DNA from: Candidatus Jacksonbacteria bacterium RIFOXYB2_FULL_44_15
GTDB taxonomy: Bacteria > Patescibacteriota > Patescibacteriia > UBA9629
Length of the DNA stretch: 64,000 bases
Direction of reading: 5' to 3'
Assembly: GCA_001818235.1 (NCBI GenBank)
Contig: MHJY01000005.1
Location: forward strand, 19,277 to 83,276
The translations under genes and the position numbers were made by a program. The number at the start of each line of letters is the position of its first letter. Within the stretch, counting starts at the first letter, position 1. Of the stretch, positions 28,140 through 38,981 are shown one piece after another. A model generated the notes under the pieces. It did not search any database. It worked only from the letters and a program-made list of their open reading frames with translations, and was not told the DNA's origin.

Positions 28140-28249
28140 TAGTCCAACTTCAAACTCCTGACCGCCCTTCCCCCCCGCCCTTTACAGCCGCAGTTAATTC
28201 TGCTAACATAAAGGGTAGTTAATAGGCATTGACCTAATTTATTTATTTT

Positions 28250-28522
28250 ATGGCTCATAAAAAAGCAGGCGGTTCAACTCGATTAGGGCGTGATTCCAAA
28301 CCACAATATTTGGGAGTAAAAATTTATGGTGGGGAGGCGATTAAAGCCGGTAATATAATTGTCAGACAACGTGGAACGAAATTTCATTCAAGCACAAATG
28401 TCGGAATCGGACGCGACGACACTTTATTTGCGACTAAAGATGGAGTTGTTTTATTTAAGACTAGGAAAGTCAAGTGCTTTACCGGAAGTTTAAAAAAGCG
28501 AACTTTTGTCAGTGTTGTTTAA
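28250..28522 (+). CDS. rpmA: 50S ribosomal protein L27
   Basis: [24 protein letters not shown]... Confidence 0.9.
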   Translation: MAHKKAGGSTRLGRDSKPQYLGVKIYGGEAIKAGNIIVRQRGTKFHSSTNVGIGRDDTLFATKDGVVLFKTRKVKCFTGSLKKRTFVSVV

Positions 28523-28547
28523 AGAATCCGTCAAAAGGACCGGCATC

Positions 28548-28928
28548 TTAGTTATGTTTTCTTTTTAAATAGGCTTCTAGAATTAACATCGCCGCTAAAT
28601 CGTGGCGGTGTTTTTTTGTTTGCGGCTTGATTGCGCGAATCGCTTCGGAAGTTAATAATTCGTCTTCGCAGTCGATAGGCAGATTAAGGCGCTGGGTCAG
28701 TTCCTGTTTAAACTGTATGAGTTGCTCGTTATTTTTAGTATTTTTTTTGTATAGAGATTCGCCTAAAACGATTTTTTCTACGCCTTCAGTGGAGACAATT
28801 TTTTCCAGGTTTCGCAACAATTGGCGATCATTAGTTAAAACAGAATGGGGAAAGGCGATTGTTTCATTCTGATTTGATACGGCTAAACCGATATTTTTTT
28901 GTCCAAAATCAATGGCTAATATTTTCAC
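28548..28928 (-). CDS. ruvX: Holliday-junction resolvase-like RNase H-fold protein YqgF/RuvX
   Basis: MKILAIDFGQKNIGLAVS... Confidence 0.85.
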   Translation of the reverse strand: MKILAIDFGQKNIGLAVSNQNETIAFPHSVLTNDRQLLRNLEKIVSTEGVEKIVLGESLYKKNTKNNEQLIQFKQELTQRLNLPIDCEDELLTSEAIRAIKPQTKKHRHDLAAMLILEAYLKRKHN

Positions 28929-28933
28929 ATCAG

Positions 28934-29713
28934 TTATTGCGTTAAAATTAAAGTACCTGTTTTGGTTACGGCCACGGTATGTTCAAAGTGCGCTGACCAG
29001 GATTTATCCTGCGTGGCCGCGGCATAACCGTCTCGGCCGCGTTTAACGCGCGCCGAACCGGCGGCGACCATCGGCTCAATTGCCAAGGTCATTCCGTCTT
29101 TTATTTTCGCGCCGCGATTTTTTGGCCGCGTCTCGTCTATAGGGAAGAAGTTCGGCACTGACGGATCTTCGTGCACTTGGCGGCCGACCCCATGGCCGAC
29201 TAAAGAACGAATGACGGAAAAGTTTTGAGCCTCGACGTATTTTTGAATAGCCTCGCCAATGTCTCCAATGCAATTTCCCAATCGGCAACGGCTAATACCA
29301 ATTCGCAACGCTTCGCGTGTTACGTTGATTAGTTTTTGAGCTTCTGGAGATATTTCGCCGCAACCCACGGTAATGGCGGCATCAACACAAAGTCCGCCGT
29401 ACCATATGCCGCAGTCCAATCCGACCAGATCCCCTTTTTGGAAAATTTTGTTTTTTGCGGGCAATCCGTGCACCACTTCTTCGTTAACCGACACGCACAA
29501 CGCTGCCGGATATTTTCCCAAAAAACCGGTTTGATAATTTAAAAAAGCGGCCTTGGCGCCGGTTTTTGTTATTTCTTGATGGGCCGCTAATTCTAAAGTT
29601 TCTGCCGATAATCCCGGCTTAACAAGCGAGCCCAATTTTTTTAAAATGATGGCTAATTTTTGACCCCCTTGTCGCATTATTTCTATCTCGGCCGGAGTTT
29701 TATAAATTATCAT
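28934..29713 (-). CDS. map: Methionine aminopeptidase, type I
   Basis: MIIYKTPAEIEIMRQGG...; metal-ligand pattern D...D...H...E...E. Confidence 0.9.
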   Translation of the reverse strand: MIIYKTPAEIEIMRQGGQKLAIILKKLGSLVKPGLSAETLELAAHQEITKTGAKAAFLNYQTGFLGKYPAALCVSVNEEVVHGLPAKNKIFQKGDLVGLDCGIWYGGLCVDAAITVGCGEISPEAQKLINVTREALRIGISRCRLGNCIGDIGEAIQKYVEAQNFSVIRSLVGHGVGRQVHEDPSVPNFFPIDETRPKNRGAKIKDGMTLAIEPMVAAGSARVKRGRDGYAAATQDKSWSAHFEHTVAVTKTGTLILTQ

Positions 29714-29739
29714 ATTAAAGGTTATAAGAAGCTTTGCGT

Positions 29740-30402
29740 TTAGCTTGCCTTGTCGTGAATAACTAATTTTTTTTCAATTTCTTGATATACTTGCGGTATT
29801 GGCGGGTTGCCATCAATATCTATGATCTGCACAGCCGGTTGCCTACGGTAGTAATCAATTAATGGTTCAGTCTCTTGGTGGTAAATGGAAAGCCTTTGTT
29901 TGATGGCTTGAGCGGTTTCGTCGGAGCGGCGGAACAGCGGCAATCCATCAACATCGCAAAAACCATTTTTTTGCGGTGGCGCAAAGTGCAGATGGTAGGA
30001 ATGGCCGTTATCGCACATTAAGCGGTCGCTCAGCCTTTTGACTCCTTCTTCATCACTTAGATTTATTACTAATAAAATAGTAATTTGAGAGGTTTTACTT
30101 AAAAATTCAGCTTGGTTTTTGTTTCTGGGATAACCGTCTAAAATAAAACCAGCTTTACAGTCCGGTTTTTCAAGACGTACGGCGATCAATTTATTAGTTA
30201 ATTCATCCGGAACCAGTTCTCCCCGATCTAAATAATGCGTGATATCTTTGGCAAGCCGCGAATCATCATTTTGTATTTTACGCAAAATCGCCCCCATCGA
30301 GATATGGGGAATATGGAGTGACTTAGATATTAATTGCGCTTGAGTGCCTTTGCCCGAACCTTGGGGGCCAAATATTAATAAGCGCGGTTTAGATGCCTTC
30401 AT
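29740..30402 (-). CDS. adk: Adenylate kinase (with Zn-finger-like LID)
   Basis: LLIFGPQGSGKGTQA P-loop. LID with CDNGHSYH...CDVDG. Confidence 0.9.
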   Translation of the reverse strand: MKASKPRLLIFGPQGSGKGTQAQLISKSLHIPHISMGAILRKIQNDDSRLAKDITHYLDRGELVPDELTNKLIAVRLEKPDCKAGFILDGYPRNKNQAEFLSKTSQITILLVINLSDEEGVKRLSDRLMCDNGHSYHLHFAPPQKNGFCDVDGLPLFRRSDETAQAIKQRLSIYHQETEPLIDYYRRQPAVQIIDIDGNPPIPQVYQEIEKKLVIHDKAS

Positions 30403-31678
30403 AGTGGCGCATGATTAATTGGGAGTCGATTTGCTTGACGATTTCAATAACGACGCCAACTACGATAATCATGGATGCTCCACCGATCACTAAACTAAAG
30501 CCACCGGCTTTTTGCATCATCAGTGGTAAGAGAGCGATAATTCCTAAAAATAAAGCGCCAGCCAGAACAATTCGATTCATGGTGTGATTAAGATATTCCG
30601 CAGTTTCCCGTCCGGGCCGGATTCCGGGTATAAAACCGCCTTGCTTTTGCACGTTTTCGGCAATTTGTGTGGGTTGAAATATCACTGCGGTATAAAAATA
30701 TGTAAAGCCAACGACTAGGAGAAAGTAGACAATGCCGTAAAATGCTTGGTTTTTAAATAGTTCAACTGTAAATTGTGCGGCTGACGCGAGCCACGCAGAC
30801 TTGGCGCCGACTAAGAATTGCGCTAAAACCGTTGGAAATAGAATGACCGCAATCGCAAAAATAATTGGGATCATGCCGGATGGATTTACCCGAAGCGGTA
30901 ACATTGTTTTGGAACCGCCGTAAATGCGGGAACCCACTACTTGTCTGGCATAAGAGATAGGTATTTGCCTTTGTCCTTCGGTGATAAAAATTACCGCGGC
31001 AATTGTTATGAGCGCGATCAGTACAAAAAAAATGTACTGAGTGATGGCCCCGGGATTTGTCGTTAAGTCGGTCCATGCCTGAATTACTGATTGCGGCAAC
31101 TCTGCGACTATGCCGGCAAAAATTAATATTGATATGCCGTTGCCTAATTTACGTTCAGAAATTAACTCTCCTAGCCACATTAAAAAAATTGTTCCGGCAG
31201 TCACGCTCAGGATCGCCACTACCAATTGAAGGGAATTTTGCTGTTGCAGAATATTTACGCTGCCACCTCCGCTTTTAGATAAGAAAACAATGGTGGCATA
31301 AGCTTGGATAATAGCGAGTGGCACGGTTGCGTAACGTGTCCACTGGTTAATTTTTTGTCGTCCGCGTTCTCCTTCTTTCGAAAGCTCCTCAATTTTGGGA
31401 ACGACCATAGTGAGCAGTTGAAAAATAATCGAAGAAGTGATGTATGGGCCCAGTCCTAGCATAACGATGGAAAAATTTCGCAATCCCCCGCCGGTAAAGA
31501 TATTTAAAAGTCCTAAAATTTGATTGCCGGCCAGATAATTTTTTAGAGCGGCGAGGTCAACGCCCGGAACAGGTATATGAGCTAAAACGCGAAATACAAG
31601 CAAAAGCGCTAAAATAAAAATTACATCCCTGCGGAGGTCTTTTGCTTGCCATAGTTGTTTTAGTTTATTTAACTGCAT
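30389..31678 (-). CDS. secY: Preprotein translocase subunit SecY
   Basis: 10-TM pattern and operon position after L15. Confidence 0.9.
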   Translation of the reverse strand: MQLNKLKQLWQAKDLRRDVIFILALLLVFRVLAHIPVPGVDLAALKNYLAGNQILGLLNIFTGGGLRNFSIVMLGLGPYITSSIIFQLLTMVVPKIEELSKEGERGRQKINQWTRYATVPLAIIQAYATIVFLSKSGGGSVNILQQQNSLQLVVAILSVTAGTIFLMWLGELISERKLGNGISILIFAGIVAELPQSVIQAWTDLTTNPGAITQYIFFVLIALITIAAVIFITEGQRQIPISYARQVVGSRIYGGSKTMLPLRVNPSGMIPIIFAIAVILFPTVLAQFLVGAKSAWLASAAQFTVELFKNQAFYGIVYFLLVVGFTYFYTAVIFQPTQIAENVQKQGGFIPGIRPGRETAEYLNHTMNRIVLAGALFLGIIALLPLMMQKAGGFSLVIGGASMIIVVGVVIEIVKQIDSQLIMRHYEGI

Positions 31679-31686
31679 TGGGCTAA

Positions 31687-32130
31687 CTAATTGGTCAGTG
31701 AGCCACCAAGAGCCTTAATTTTTTCTGCGGCTCCTGCGGAGGTGGGAATATTTTTGATCGTCAATTTTTTTGTTAAAGTTCCGCCGTCGACAATCTTAGC
31801 ACTATGTTCGCGTTTGGTCAGTATTTTTTTTTCGATGAGCGTCTCTATGGTCACCAATTCTCCAATAGCATAGTTTTTTTCCAATAAACCCAATGTTAAT
31901 GTCAGGGGTCGTTTTTTTAATGATTTAAAACCGCCCAGTTTAGGTATTTTTTTTAGCAATTGGCGCATTGCCGATCGCCTTAAAAGCCCGCTGGCCCCGC
32001 CTGAGCGCGAGCGCTGCCCTTTAGAACCGCGTCCGGAAAAAGTACCCCGGCCGCTAGCATTGCCTCGCCCGACACGTTTACGGGGTTTAATTTTTTTTAG
32101 GGTCTGTAAATTGTGTAAACCGCTGGTCAT
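31687..32130 (-). CDS. rplO: 50S ribosomal protein L15
   Basis: GRGNASGRGTFSGRGSKGQRSRSGG. Confidence 0.9.
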   Translation of the reverse strand: MTSGLHNLQTLKKIKPRKRVGRGNASGRGTFSGRGSKGQRSRSGGASGLLRRSAMRQLLKKIPKLGGFKSLKKRPLTLTLGLLEKNYAIGELVTIETLIEKKILTKREHSAKIVDGGTLTKKLTIKNIPTSAGAAEKIKALGGSLTN

Positions 32131-32139
32131 AATTATTTA

Positions 32140-32619
32140 TTAATGTTTAAATTCAGAAAAGGCGTTGATTAACGCTTGTGAATTGCAAATTTTATTATTA
32201 GAGCCTAAAATTTTAGCCGAAATGTTTTCTATTCCAACTAAATCGCATAAAGTGCGAATTACACCGCCTGCTTTAAGGCCGGTTCCGGCCGGAGCGGGTT
32301 TTAACAGAATTAGACTAGCTTTATATTTAGTAGTTACGTTGTGCGGGATGCTTTTGTCCTCGGTAATTTTTATTTGGATGACATTTTTCCGAGCACGGCG
32401 AGTGGCTTTTTCGACGGCCATGGAAACATCGGCGCCTTTAGCAATGCCGATGCCGATTGTGCCTTTTTTATTTCCCAACCCGACTGTAACGCGAAACCTC
32501 AGTCTTTTGCCTCCGCGCTGAACGCGCGTTACTCTGGCCAAGTCCAATATTACCGACTGAAAATCATCATCCGGTCGAGGTGGTGCATTGTTTCTATTTG
32601 TTTTTTTCGAGTATATCAT
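32140..32619 (-). CDS. rpsE: 30S ribosomal protein S5
   Basis: ...RVTRVQRGGKRLRFRVTVGLGNKKGTIGIG...; directly abuts L15 with no L30 gene. Confidence 0.9.
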   Translation of the reverse strand: MIYSKKTNRNNAPPRPDDDFQSVILDLARVTRVQRGGKRLRFRVTVGLGNKKGTIGIGIAKGADVSMAVEKATRRARKNVIQIKITEDKSIPHNVTTKYKASLILLKPAPAGTGLKAGGVIRTLCDLVGIENISAKILGSNNKICNSQALINAFSEFKH

Positions 32620-32640
32620 ATAAAAAATTGCGGATTAGTT

Positions 32641-32976
32641 TTAAAAATTCAAACCCCCGTCTCTCAAGCCTTCAGCTAAAGCTTTAATTCGGCCATGATA
32701 CTTGTACCCGCCTCGATCGAAAACTATTTGTTTAATGTTTTTGCCTTGAGCCGCTTGCGCAATAAACTTGCCCAGCTGTTTTGCCTGGTCAATTTTATTG
32801 GAATATTTTTTAAGCTGTTTGTGGCTCCCGGCAAGCAGTGTTTTTTTTTGTTGATCGTCAATAAGCTGAACCCATAATCCAATCAAACTTCGATAAACCG
32901 AAAGCCTAGGCCGTTCAGCGGTGCCCTTAATTTTATATCTAATGCGGTTATGTCTAAACTGTCTATCCATAATCAT
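32641..32976 (-). CDS. rplR: 50S ribosomal protein L18
   Basis: RIRYKIKGTAERPRLSVYRS... Confidence 0.9.
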   Translation of the reverse strand: MIMDRQFRHNRIRYKIKGTAERPRLSVYRSLIGLWVQLIDDQQKKTLLAGSHKQLKKYSNKIDQAKQLGKFIAQAAQGKNIKQIVFDRGGYKYHGRIKALAEGLRDGGLNF

Positions 32977-32990
32977 TGTTGCTAGGCTAA

Positions 32991-33542
32991 TTAACGAGAC
33001 GCCGTTGCCGCTTGTTTGCCAGCCTTGCGACGAATCACTTCGCCTGCGTAGCTAATGCCTTTACCTTTATAAGGCTCTGGTTTGCGGTATGAACGGATTT
33101 TAGCGGCGGCTTGCCCAACGACTTGCTTGTCAATGCCAGAGATAACAATTACATTATTACCTTCAGTTTTTATTTCTAAATCATCGGGAATTAAAAAATC
33201 TATTTTGTGTGAATATCCCAACTCCAATACTAATTTTTTGCCCTCAATATTGGCGCGATATCCAACACCCGTGATATTCAGGCGTCTCGAAAAGCCGTCG
33301 GTTACGCCTTTGATATTGTTAACGATTAATCTTTGGATTGTCCCCCACAAGGCGTTTAATGATTTAACTTCCGGATTAGACACCCGAACCGTTAAGATGT
33401 TTTTTTCTCTGCCAATACTAACCGATGCCGGTATAATTAACTGTAATGTGCCCTTGGGTCCTTTGACGGTGACTAAATTAGGTTCCAATTTAAGATCAAC
33501 GTTTTCTGGGATATTAATTTCTTGTTTGCCGATTCTGCTCAT
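32991..33542 (-). CDS. rplF: 50S ribosomal protein L6
   Basis: MSRIGKQEINIP...; two-domain L6 pattern. Confidence 0.9.
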   Translation of the reverse strand: MSRIGKQEINIPENVDLKLEPNLVTVKGPKGTLQLIIPASVSIGREKNILTVRVSNPEVKSLNALWGTIQRLIVNNIKGVTDGFSRRLNITGVGYRANIEGKKLVLELGYSHKIDFLIPDDLEIKTEGNNVIVISGIDKQVVGQAAAKIRSYRKPEPYKGKGISYAGEVIRRKAGKQAATASR

Positions 33543-33545
33543 ATT

Positions 33546-33935
33546 TTAATAAATTTCACAGATGATTTCTCCGCCAACTTTTGCACGGCGGGCTTCCTTG
33601 TTCGTAATCAGTCCTCGGTCAGTGGAAATAACTGCGATTCCTAAATTATTTAATACTTTTGGTAACGTATTTGCCGAACAGTAAAGCCTACGGCCCGGTT
33701 TGCTGATTTTTTTTATGTGTTTGATCCGCGGCCGACCGTTTTTATCATAAGCCAATTGGACCGTAATGCTACGCTCTTGGCTGTTTATTGTAAAATTTTT
33801 AAGATAATCATAATTTTTCAGTAAAGTTAAAACAGCTATGCTTAATTTAGATAGCGGCACTTCTACTTCAGCTTTTTTGACAGCCAAAGAGTTTTGTATT
33901 CGATTTAACATATCAGCGATTGGATCGGAATGCAT
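33546..33935 (-). CDS. rpsH: 30S ribosomal protein S8
   Basis: DPIADMLNRIQNSLAVKKAEVEVP... Confidence 0.9.
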   Translation of the reverse strand: MHSDPIADMLNRIQNSLAVKKAEVEVPLSKLSIAVLTLLKNYDYLKNFTINSQERSITVQLAYDKNGRPRIKHIKKISKPGRRLYCSANTLPKVLNNLGIAVISTDRGLITNKEARRAKVGGEIICEIY

Positions 33936-33971
33936 AAGTTGTGTGATACTTAGTTAAAAGTCCTAAAAATT

Positions 33972-34157
33972 CTACCAAGAAGATTTACGTACTCCCGGTA
34001 AATTACCTTTTTCGGCCATTTCGCGTACGCAAATTCGGCACATCTGAAAATATCTTAAATACCCACGATTTCGACCGCAACGCCAACACCGATTAACAAC
34101 ACGAGTCGAGAATTTTGGTTTTCTTTTTGATTTTGCAACTTTCGATTTTTTGGCCAT
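33972..34157 (-). CDS. rpsZ: 30S ribosomal protein S14 type Z (zinc-binding)
   Basis: 61 aa, [10 protein letters not shown]...CRIC. Confidence 0.9.
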   Translation of the reverse strand: MAKKSKVAKSKRKPKFSTRVVNRCWRCGRNRGYLRYFQMCRICVREMAEKGNLPGVRKSSW

Positions 34158-34160
34158 AAA

Positions 34161-34772
34161 TTATTTAGGTGTTTTTTTGTTTTTTTTGTTTCCAGTCCGT
34201 TTTTTGGTTGATTCCGGGCCTGTTTTGAAAGGAAATTTCAGCAATTGGAATAAGGCCATTCCTTCGTCTCGTGATTTCGCATTAGAAACAATCGAAATTT
34301 CCAGTCCATGGATTGTACTTGATTTTTCCGGGTTGATTTCCGAAAAAACTGTATTTTCTTTAAAACCTAAAGTTAAATTTCCTCGAGAATCGATGGAACT
34401 TTTTTCCAATCCTTGAAAGTCGCGCACGCGAGGTAAAACGCTGTCGATTATTTTACTTACTAAATCATACATTCTTTTACCGCGCAAAGTAACTTTAGCG
34501 CCCACCACTAAACCTTCTCGTATACCGAATCCGGCAATGGACAGTTTTGATTTAGTTAAAACTGGTTTTTGGCCGGTTATCACCATTAGATTTTCGACAA
34601 TATTTTGTTGAAACTGTTTATCTTTTTGACTCGCGCTTAATCCAACATTAACCACAGCTTTAATAAGTTTGGGTGTAGCCAATGCATTTTTGTAGCCAAA
34701 TTTGTCTTTTAGCTGAGGAACTATGTTGTTTAAGTAAAATTCCTTTAGAATCATATTTTGTTTAAGCTTCAA
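34161..34772 (-). CDS. rplE: 50S ribosomal protein L5 (with basic C-terminal tail)
   Basis: Operon position and L5 core. K-rich C-terminal extension. Confidence 0.85.
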   Translation of the reverse strand: MKLKQNMILKEFYLNNIVPQLKDKFGYKNALATPKLIKAVVNVGLSASQKDKQFQQNIVENLMVITGQKPVLTKSKLSIAGFGIREGLVVGAKVTLRGKRMYDLVSKIIDSVLPRVRDFQGLEKSSIDSRGNLTLGFKENTVFSEINPEKSSTIHGLEISIVSNAKSRDEGMALFQLLKFPFKTGPESTKKRTGNKKNKKTPK

Positions 34773-35076
34773 TCAGCTCTTGACATTTTTTACATTGCCG
34801 AATTTTTTTATTATCGGCAATTTTTTTAAATCCAACACGAGTATTTTTCCCGCATTTCGGACAGACTAGCGCCAGATTGGATAGATGCACCGGGGCGGGA
34901 AAATTAATCCGTTGGCCTTTTTCGCCTCCCCGACGCGATTTTAAATTTTTTGTCCGCAGGTTAATACCCTCAACGCTAGCTCGATCAATTTTAGGCAACA
35001 CTTGCAATACTTTGCCGGTTTTTCCGCGGCTGGCGCCAGCTAATATTCTTACCGTATCATTAGTTTTTATTTTCAT
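34762..35076 (-). CDS. rplX: 50S ribosomal protein L24 (KOW) with C-terminal Cys4 zinc-ribbon-like motif
   Basis: MKIKTNDTVRILAGASRGKTGKVLQV. The C-terminus has CPKCGKNTRVGF...CKKC. Start set at Met12 of the tracked ORF. Confidence 0.85.
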   Translation of the reverse strand: MKIKTNDTVRILAGASRGKTGKVLQVLPKIDRASVEGINLRTKNLKSRRGGEKGQRINFPAPVHLSNLALVCPKCGKNTRVGFKKIADNKKIRQCKKCQELIEA

Positions 35077-35139
35077 TTTGATAAAAGAACAAACGTCGCT
35101 TCCTGGCATTAATCAATCGCGCTCGCTTGCCCTTAGCAT

Positions 35140-35511
35140 TTATAATACTTCCGGAGCAAGAGAAATTATTTTTTTGTAACCTAAATCGCGCAGTTCTCGA
35201 GGAATAGGACCGAATATCCGGCTACCCTTTGGTTCTTTGGTTTTCCTGTCTATAATTACGCCTGCATTTTCACTGAATCGTAAACATATACCGGACGGCC
35301 GTTTCATTTCTTTTCTGGTTCTGACGATAACGCAGTGGACGACTTCGCCTTTCTTGACGAGCGATCGCGGCAGGGCTTCTTTTATTGAGCAAGTAACAAT
35401 ATCGCCGATTCGCGCGTACCTTTTCTTATATCCGCCCAATACCTTAAAAACAGCGATTCTTTTAGCGCCCGAATTGTCAGCCGATTTGATTATGGAACGT
35501 GCTTGTAACAT
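35140..35511 (-). CDS. rplN: 50S ribosomal protein L14
   Basis: [27 protein letters not shown]. Confidence 0.9.
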   Translation of the reverse strand: MLQARSIIKSADNSGAKRIAVFKVLGGYKKRYARIGDIVTCSIKEALPRSLVKKGEVVHCVIVRTRKEMKRPSGICLRFSENAGVIIDRKTKEPKGSRIFGPIPRELRDLGYKKIISLAPEVL

Positions 35512-35539
35512 AGTAATGCAGATCGATGATTGTTAAATC

Positions 35540-35797
35540 CTAACTTACTGCTTTCACTTTTTTTACCACCGACCATTTTTTATCTTTTGACATTGGTCGG
35601 CAGGCTTCAATCATAACTTGCTCGCCTATTCGGCAGGAATTGGTTTCGTCATGTGCCTTGTATTTCGCGGAAACTGCAAAAATTTTATGATATTTAGAAT
35701 GTTTCTTTACGCGGCTCACTTCTATTACCACAGTTTTATTCATTTTGTTGGAAGTGACGACACCCTTTAGTTGTCGACAATAAGTTTGCTTTTTCAT
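35540..35797 (-). CDS. rpsQ: 30S ribosomal protein S17
   Basis: [17 protein letters not shown]... Confidence 0.9.
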   Translation of the reverse strand: MKKQTYCRQLKGVVTSNKMNKTVVIEVSRVKKHSKYHKIFAVSAKYKAHDETNSCRIGEQVMIEACRPMSKDKKWSVVKKVKAVS

Positions 35798-35810
35798 GGT
35801 TCTAATAATT

Positions 35811-36008
35811 TTAATTTGATAAAATACCGAGAATTTGGGCGATCGCTATTTTAGTCACCCTAATTTTTCGGATATCTTTTAATTGCCGTTGTCCGGCTTT
35901 AAACCGCATTTTGCGTAATTCCTCTTTCTGTTCATTAAGCAGAAGGTGCAAGTCGCTGGGAGTCATCTTTTTAAGTGCTGTCATTTCCATACTTGGTATA
36001 TTTGACAA
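35811..36008 (-). CDS. rpmC: 50S ribosomal protein L29
   Basis: 65 aa, [16 protein letters not shown]; operon position. Confidence 0.85.
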   Translation of the reverse strand: MSNIPSMEMTALKKMTPSDLHLLLNEQKEELRKMRFKAGQRQLKDIRKIRVTKIAIAQILGILSN

Positions 36009-36079
36009 TTAATTTTTGGCCCTGATAATTTTGATAATAAATGGATTGTATTATCCAGCCAAGTATCAAATGTCAAATA

Positions 36080-36502
36080 TTAATAGGTGATTTTAGAAAC
36101 GAACTTAGTTCTAACCGGCAATTTTGCTCCGCCAAGACGTGCAGCTTCTTCGGCCAGTTTTTTAGTTACGCCGTCAATTTCCAGAATAATCGTGCCTGGC
36201 TTAACATTCGTAACAAATCGATCAATATTCCCCTTGCCGCCTCCCATTGGAATTTCGTTGCCTTTTGCCGTGACTGGTTTGTCTGGGAAAATGCGTAGCC
36301 AAATTTTGCCGCCTTTTTGAAGGGATCTTCGAACGGCGCGACGGGTGGCCTCGATTTGCCGAGAATTTACCCAGCTTTCAGTCGTTGCTTTTAAGCCAAA
36401 ATTACCAAATGCCAGACTATTGGTACGAGTCGCGACTTTCCCACCGCTCATTCCAGAGTGTCGATGCCATTTTCGATGTTTTAACTTTTTTGGAAGTAAC
36501 AT
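36080..36502 (-). CDS. rplP: 50S ribosomal protein L16
   Basis: MLLPKKLKHRKWHR... Confidence 0.9.
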   Translation of the reverse strand: MLLPKKLKHRKWHRHSGMSGGKVATRTNSLAFGNFGLKATTESWVNSRQIEATRRAVRRSLQKGGKIWLRIFPDKPVTAKGNEIPMGGGKGNIDRFVTNVKPGTIILEIDGVTKKLAEEAARLGGAKLPVRTKFVSKITY

Positions 36503-36512
36503 ATCCTTTTAT

Positions 36513-37184
36513 TTAAACCGCGGTTTCGTCTTTATCGAACACTTGACCTTTGTAAACCCAAACCTTAATTCCAATGGCGCCCCATTTAGTATGTGCCGCC
36601 AATCTAGCATAATCAATATTAGCTCTCAAATTCTGAAGAGGCATTTGCCCGGTCGACGCTTTTTCGTCTCGAGCAATTTCCGCTCCGTTTAAACGTCCAG
36701 CCACCGTGATTTTAACTCCGTCAGCACCGTCTTTTTTCGCTAAAGCCACAATATTTTTCATCACTTTTCTAAAAGGCATTCTTTTTTCGATGAGTCTCCG
36801 GGCTTCCTGAGCCAATACCTCGGAGCACAAATTTGGTTTGGGTATTTCTTTGATCGTTAATTTTAACTTGTGCTCGCGATCAATCACTTTAATCAATTGT
36901 TTTTTCAATTTATCGCTTTTTTCGCCGCCGCGACCGATTATCACTCCCGGTTTAGCCACTTTAATAATAACTTCGACAACATTTTTTCCTGACCGCTCAA
37001 TCGATATTTTATCTAAGCCGACATCACCGACGTTTGCTTTCACCAGCCGTCTAATCCGTTCGTCTTCTTGAAGATATTTGGCAAAGTTGGCGCCGCCGCG
37101 AACAATCCAACGCGAATTCCAGGTAATAGCGGAATTTTTAATGTTGGAAATTCGTAATATGATTGGATTTACTTTTTTACCCAT
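36513..37184 (-). CDS. rpsC: 30S ribosomal protein S3
   Basis: MGKKVNPIILRI...; KH domain pattern. Confidence 0.9.
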   Translation of the reverse strand: MGKKVNPIILRISNIKNSAITWNSRWIVRGGANFAKYLQEDERIRRLVKANVGDVGLDKISIERSGKNVVEVIIKVAKPGVIIGRGGEKSDKLKKQLIKVIDREHKLKLTIKEIPKPNLCSEVLAQEARRLIEKRMPFRKVMKNIVALAKKDGADGVKITVAGRLNGAEIARDEKASTGQMPLQNLRANIDYARLAAHTKWGAIGIKVWVYKGQVFDKDETAV

Positions 37185-37209
37185 AGAATATCATTAAGCA
37201 CTTATCTGA

Positions 37210-37758
37210 TTAGCCGGCTTTGCGATTAAAAATTTTTGGCACAAACCCTTTTTTGGTTGCTTGATGTTTTTTTATTTCTTGATTGCCCGTTTTTTCGTCG
37301 CGAATTGCGCTTTTCTGCTCTTTTTTTAAATCCGTTAAACTCCGTACGGTTTTTATATTCTTTTTATTATCGGCAATCTTTTTTTTGTTGCGACTGGTTC
37401 GCTGATTGGATTTTTTTAAATTGACATTTTTTTCATCAAGAATAACAGTAACATGACTAGTTCTTTTTCTGATTGGGGCCGCTCGTCCAAAAGCCCGTGC
37501 GCGCGATCGTTTTAAGGTCGGCCCGCCATCAACAGTAATTATTTTAATAAATAAGTTATCGCGTTTTAAAGAATAGTTATGGATAGCGTTAGCGACAGCG
37601 GATTGAATCAATTTCGTTAAGGGCAGAGCGACGCGCTTGCCGCTAAATTTAAGCTGCCGAAGCGCGGTTTCGGTATCCAATCCACGAACCAGTTTGGCCA
37701 CTAGACCTACCTTTCTTGGCGCTTGGCGATAATTATTTAATTTAGCGATTACTTCCAT
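37210..37758 (-). CDS. rplV: 50S ribosomal protein L22 (with long basic C-terminal extension)
   Basis: MEVIAKLNNYRQAPRKV...; the ~70-aa K-rich tail is extra. Confidence 0.85.
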   Translation of the reverse strand: MEVIAKLNNYRQAPRKVGLVAKLVRGLDTETALRQLKFSGKRVALPLTKLIQSAVANAIHNYSLKRDNLFIKIITVDGGPTLKRSRARAFGRAAPIRKRTSHVTVILDEKNVNLKKSNQRTSRNKKKIADNKKNIKTVRSLTDLKKEQKSAIRDEKTGNQEIKKHQATKKGFVPKIFNRKAG

Positions 37759-37770
37759 AAATTATAAGGA

Positions 37771-38112
37771 TTATTTTGGCACTTGCGATTCGGCAGTGGC
37801 GGCTTTTTTAGTCGCGGCGGCGGCCGTAGCTACTTTTTGTTCCATGTCTTTTTGCATCCGACCGCCATGTCTGACAAATTTGCGAGTCGGTGAAAATTCT
37901 CCGAGCTTATGCCCGACCATATCCTCGGCAACAAAAACAGGTACATGCACTTTTCCATTATGCACGCCAATAGTGTAACCTATCATATCAGGAGTAATTA
38001 GGCAAGCGCGATCCCATGTTTTAAGCGCGGTTTTTGAATCTTTCTTAACGACCGCCAATTTTTTTAGCAGTTTTTTGTTAAGGTAAGGTCCTTTTTTAAG
38101 TGATCTTGACAT
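37771..38112 (-). CDS. rpsS: 30S ribosomal protein S19
   Basis: [16 protein letters not shown]...HNGK.HVPV.. Confidence 0.9.
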   Translation of the reverse strand: MSRSLKKGPYLNKKLLKKLAVVKKDSKTALKTWDRACLITPDMIGYTIGVHNGKVHVPVFVAEDMVGHKLGEFSPTRKFVRHGGRMQKDMEQKVATAAAATKKAATAESQVPK

Positions 38113-38132
38113 AAGTGTTGGCGATTTTAGCT

Positions 38133-38978
38133 CTATTTTTTCCGGCGATTTTTACGGCGCTGTAGTATTAGTTTATCGGAATATTTACGTTTTCTGTTTT
38201 TTACGCCAAGAGCTGGTTTCCCCCACGGCGTTTTGGGGTGTTTTAAACCAATTGGCTGATGCCCTTCTCCGCCGCCATGCGGGTGATCAACCGGGTTCAT
38301 TGATTTGCCCAAGACGGTCGGTCTGAATCCTAAATGTCGACGGCGTCCGGCTTTGCCCAGACGAATATTACTGTGATCTGCGTTGCTGACATCCCCGATC
38401 GTCGCTAAGCAATTTTTTTTAATTAAACGGATTTCGCCTGACGGCATTTTTATTTGCGCATAACCGCCCTCAGCCGCTTGGATAAGACACGACATGCCGG
38501 CACTTCTGGCGATTTCACCGCCTTTACCCGGCGTTAATTCGATGTTGTGAATCAGTATTCCGGAAGGAATTTTTTCCAGCGGTAACGCGTTGCCCGGTTT
38601 GATTTCGATATTTTGCGTAATAGAAGATAAAACAGAGTCTCCTTTTTTTAAACCTTTAGGCGCTAAAATATACTTTTTTTCTCCGCCGGAATATTCGATT
38701 AAAGCGATGTGCGCAGACCGGTTTGGGTCATACTCTAAAGAAATAACTGTTCCTGGAATATCAAAATTGTTTCGTTTAAAGTCGATTATCCGGTAATAGC
38801 GCTTGGCTCCCCCACCGCGGTGACGCACGGTAATTTTTCCCTGATTATTGCGACCCGCTTGTTTTTTTAAAGCGATAACTAATGAAGAAGCCGGACGTTT
38901 TTTATCCAAATAAGAGGTGTCCACTACGCTGGCGCCGCGTCGGCCTGGTGTTGTAGGTTGATAATACTTGATAGCCAT
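38133..38978 (-). CDS. rplB: 50S ribosomal protein L2
   Basis: [14 protein letters not shown]...; GGG..R at the C-terminus. Confidence 0.9.
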   Translation of the reverse strand: MAIKYYQPTTPGRRGASVVDTSYLDKKRPASSLVIALKKQAGRNNQGKITVRHRGGGAKRYYRIIDFKRNNFDIPGTVISLEYDPNRSAHIALIEYSGGEKKYILAPKGLKKGDSVLSSITQNIEIKPGNALPLEKIPSGILIHNIELTPGKGGEIARSAGMSCLIQAAEGGYAQIKMPSGEIRLIKKNCLATIGDVSNADHSNIRLGKAGRRRHLGFRPTVLGKSMNPVDHPHGGGEGHQPIGLKHPKTPWGKPALGVKNRKRKYSDKLILQRRKNRRKK

Positions 38979-38981
38979 ATT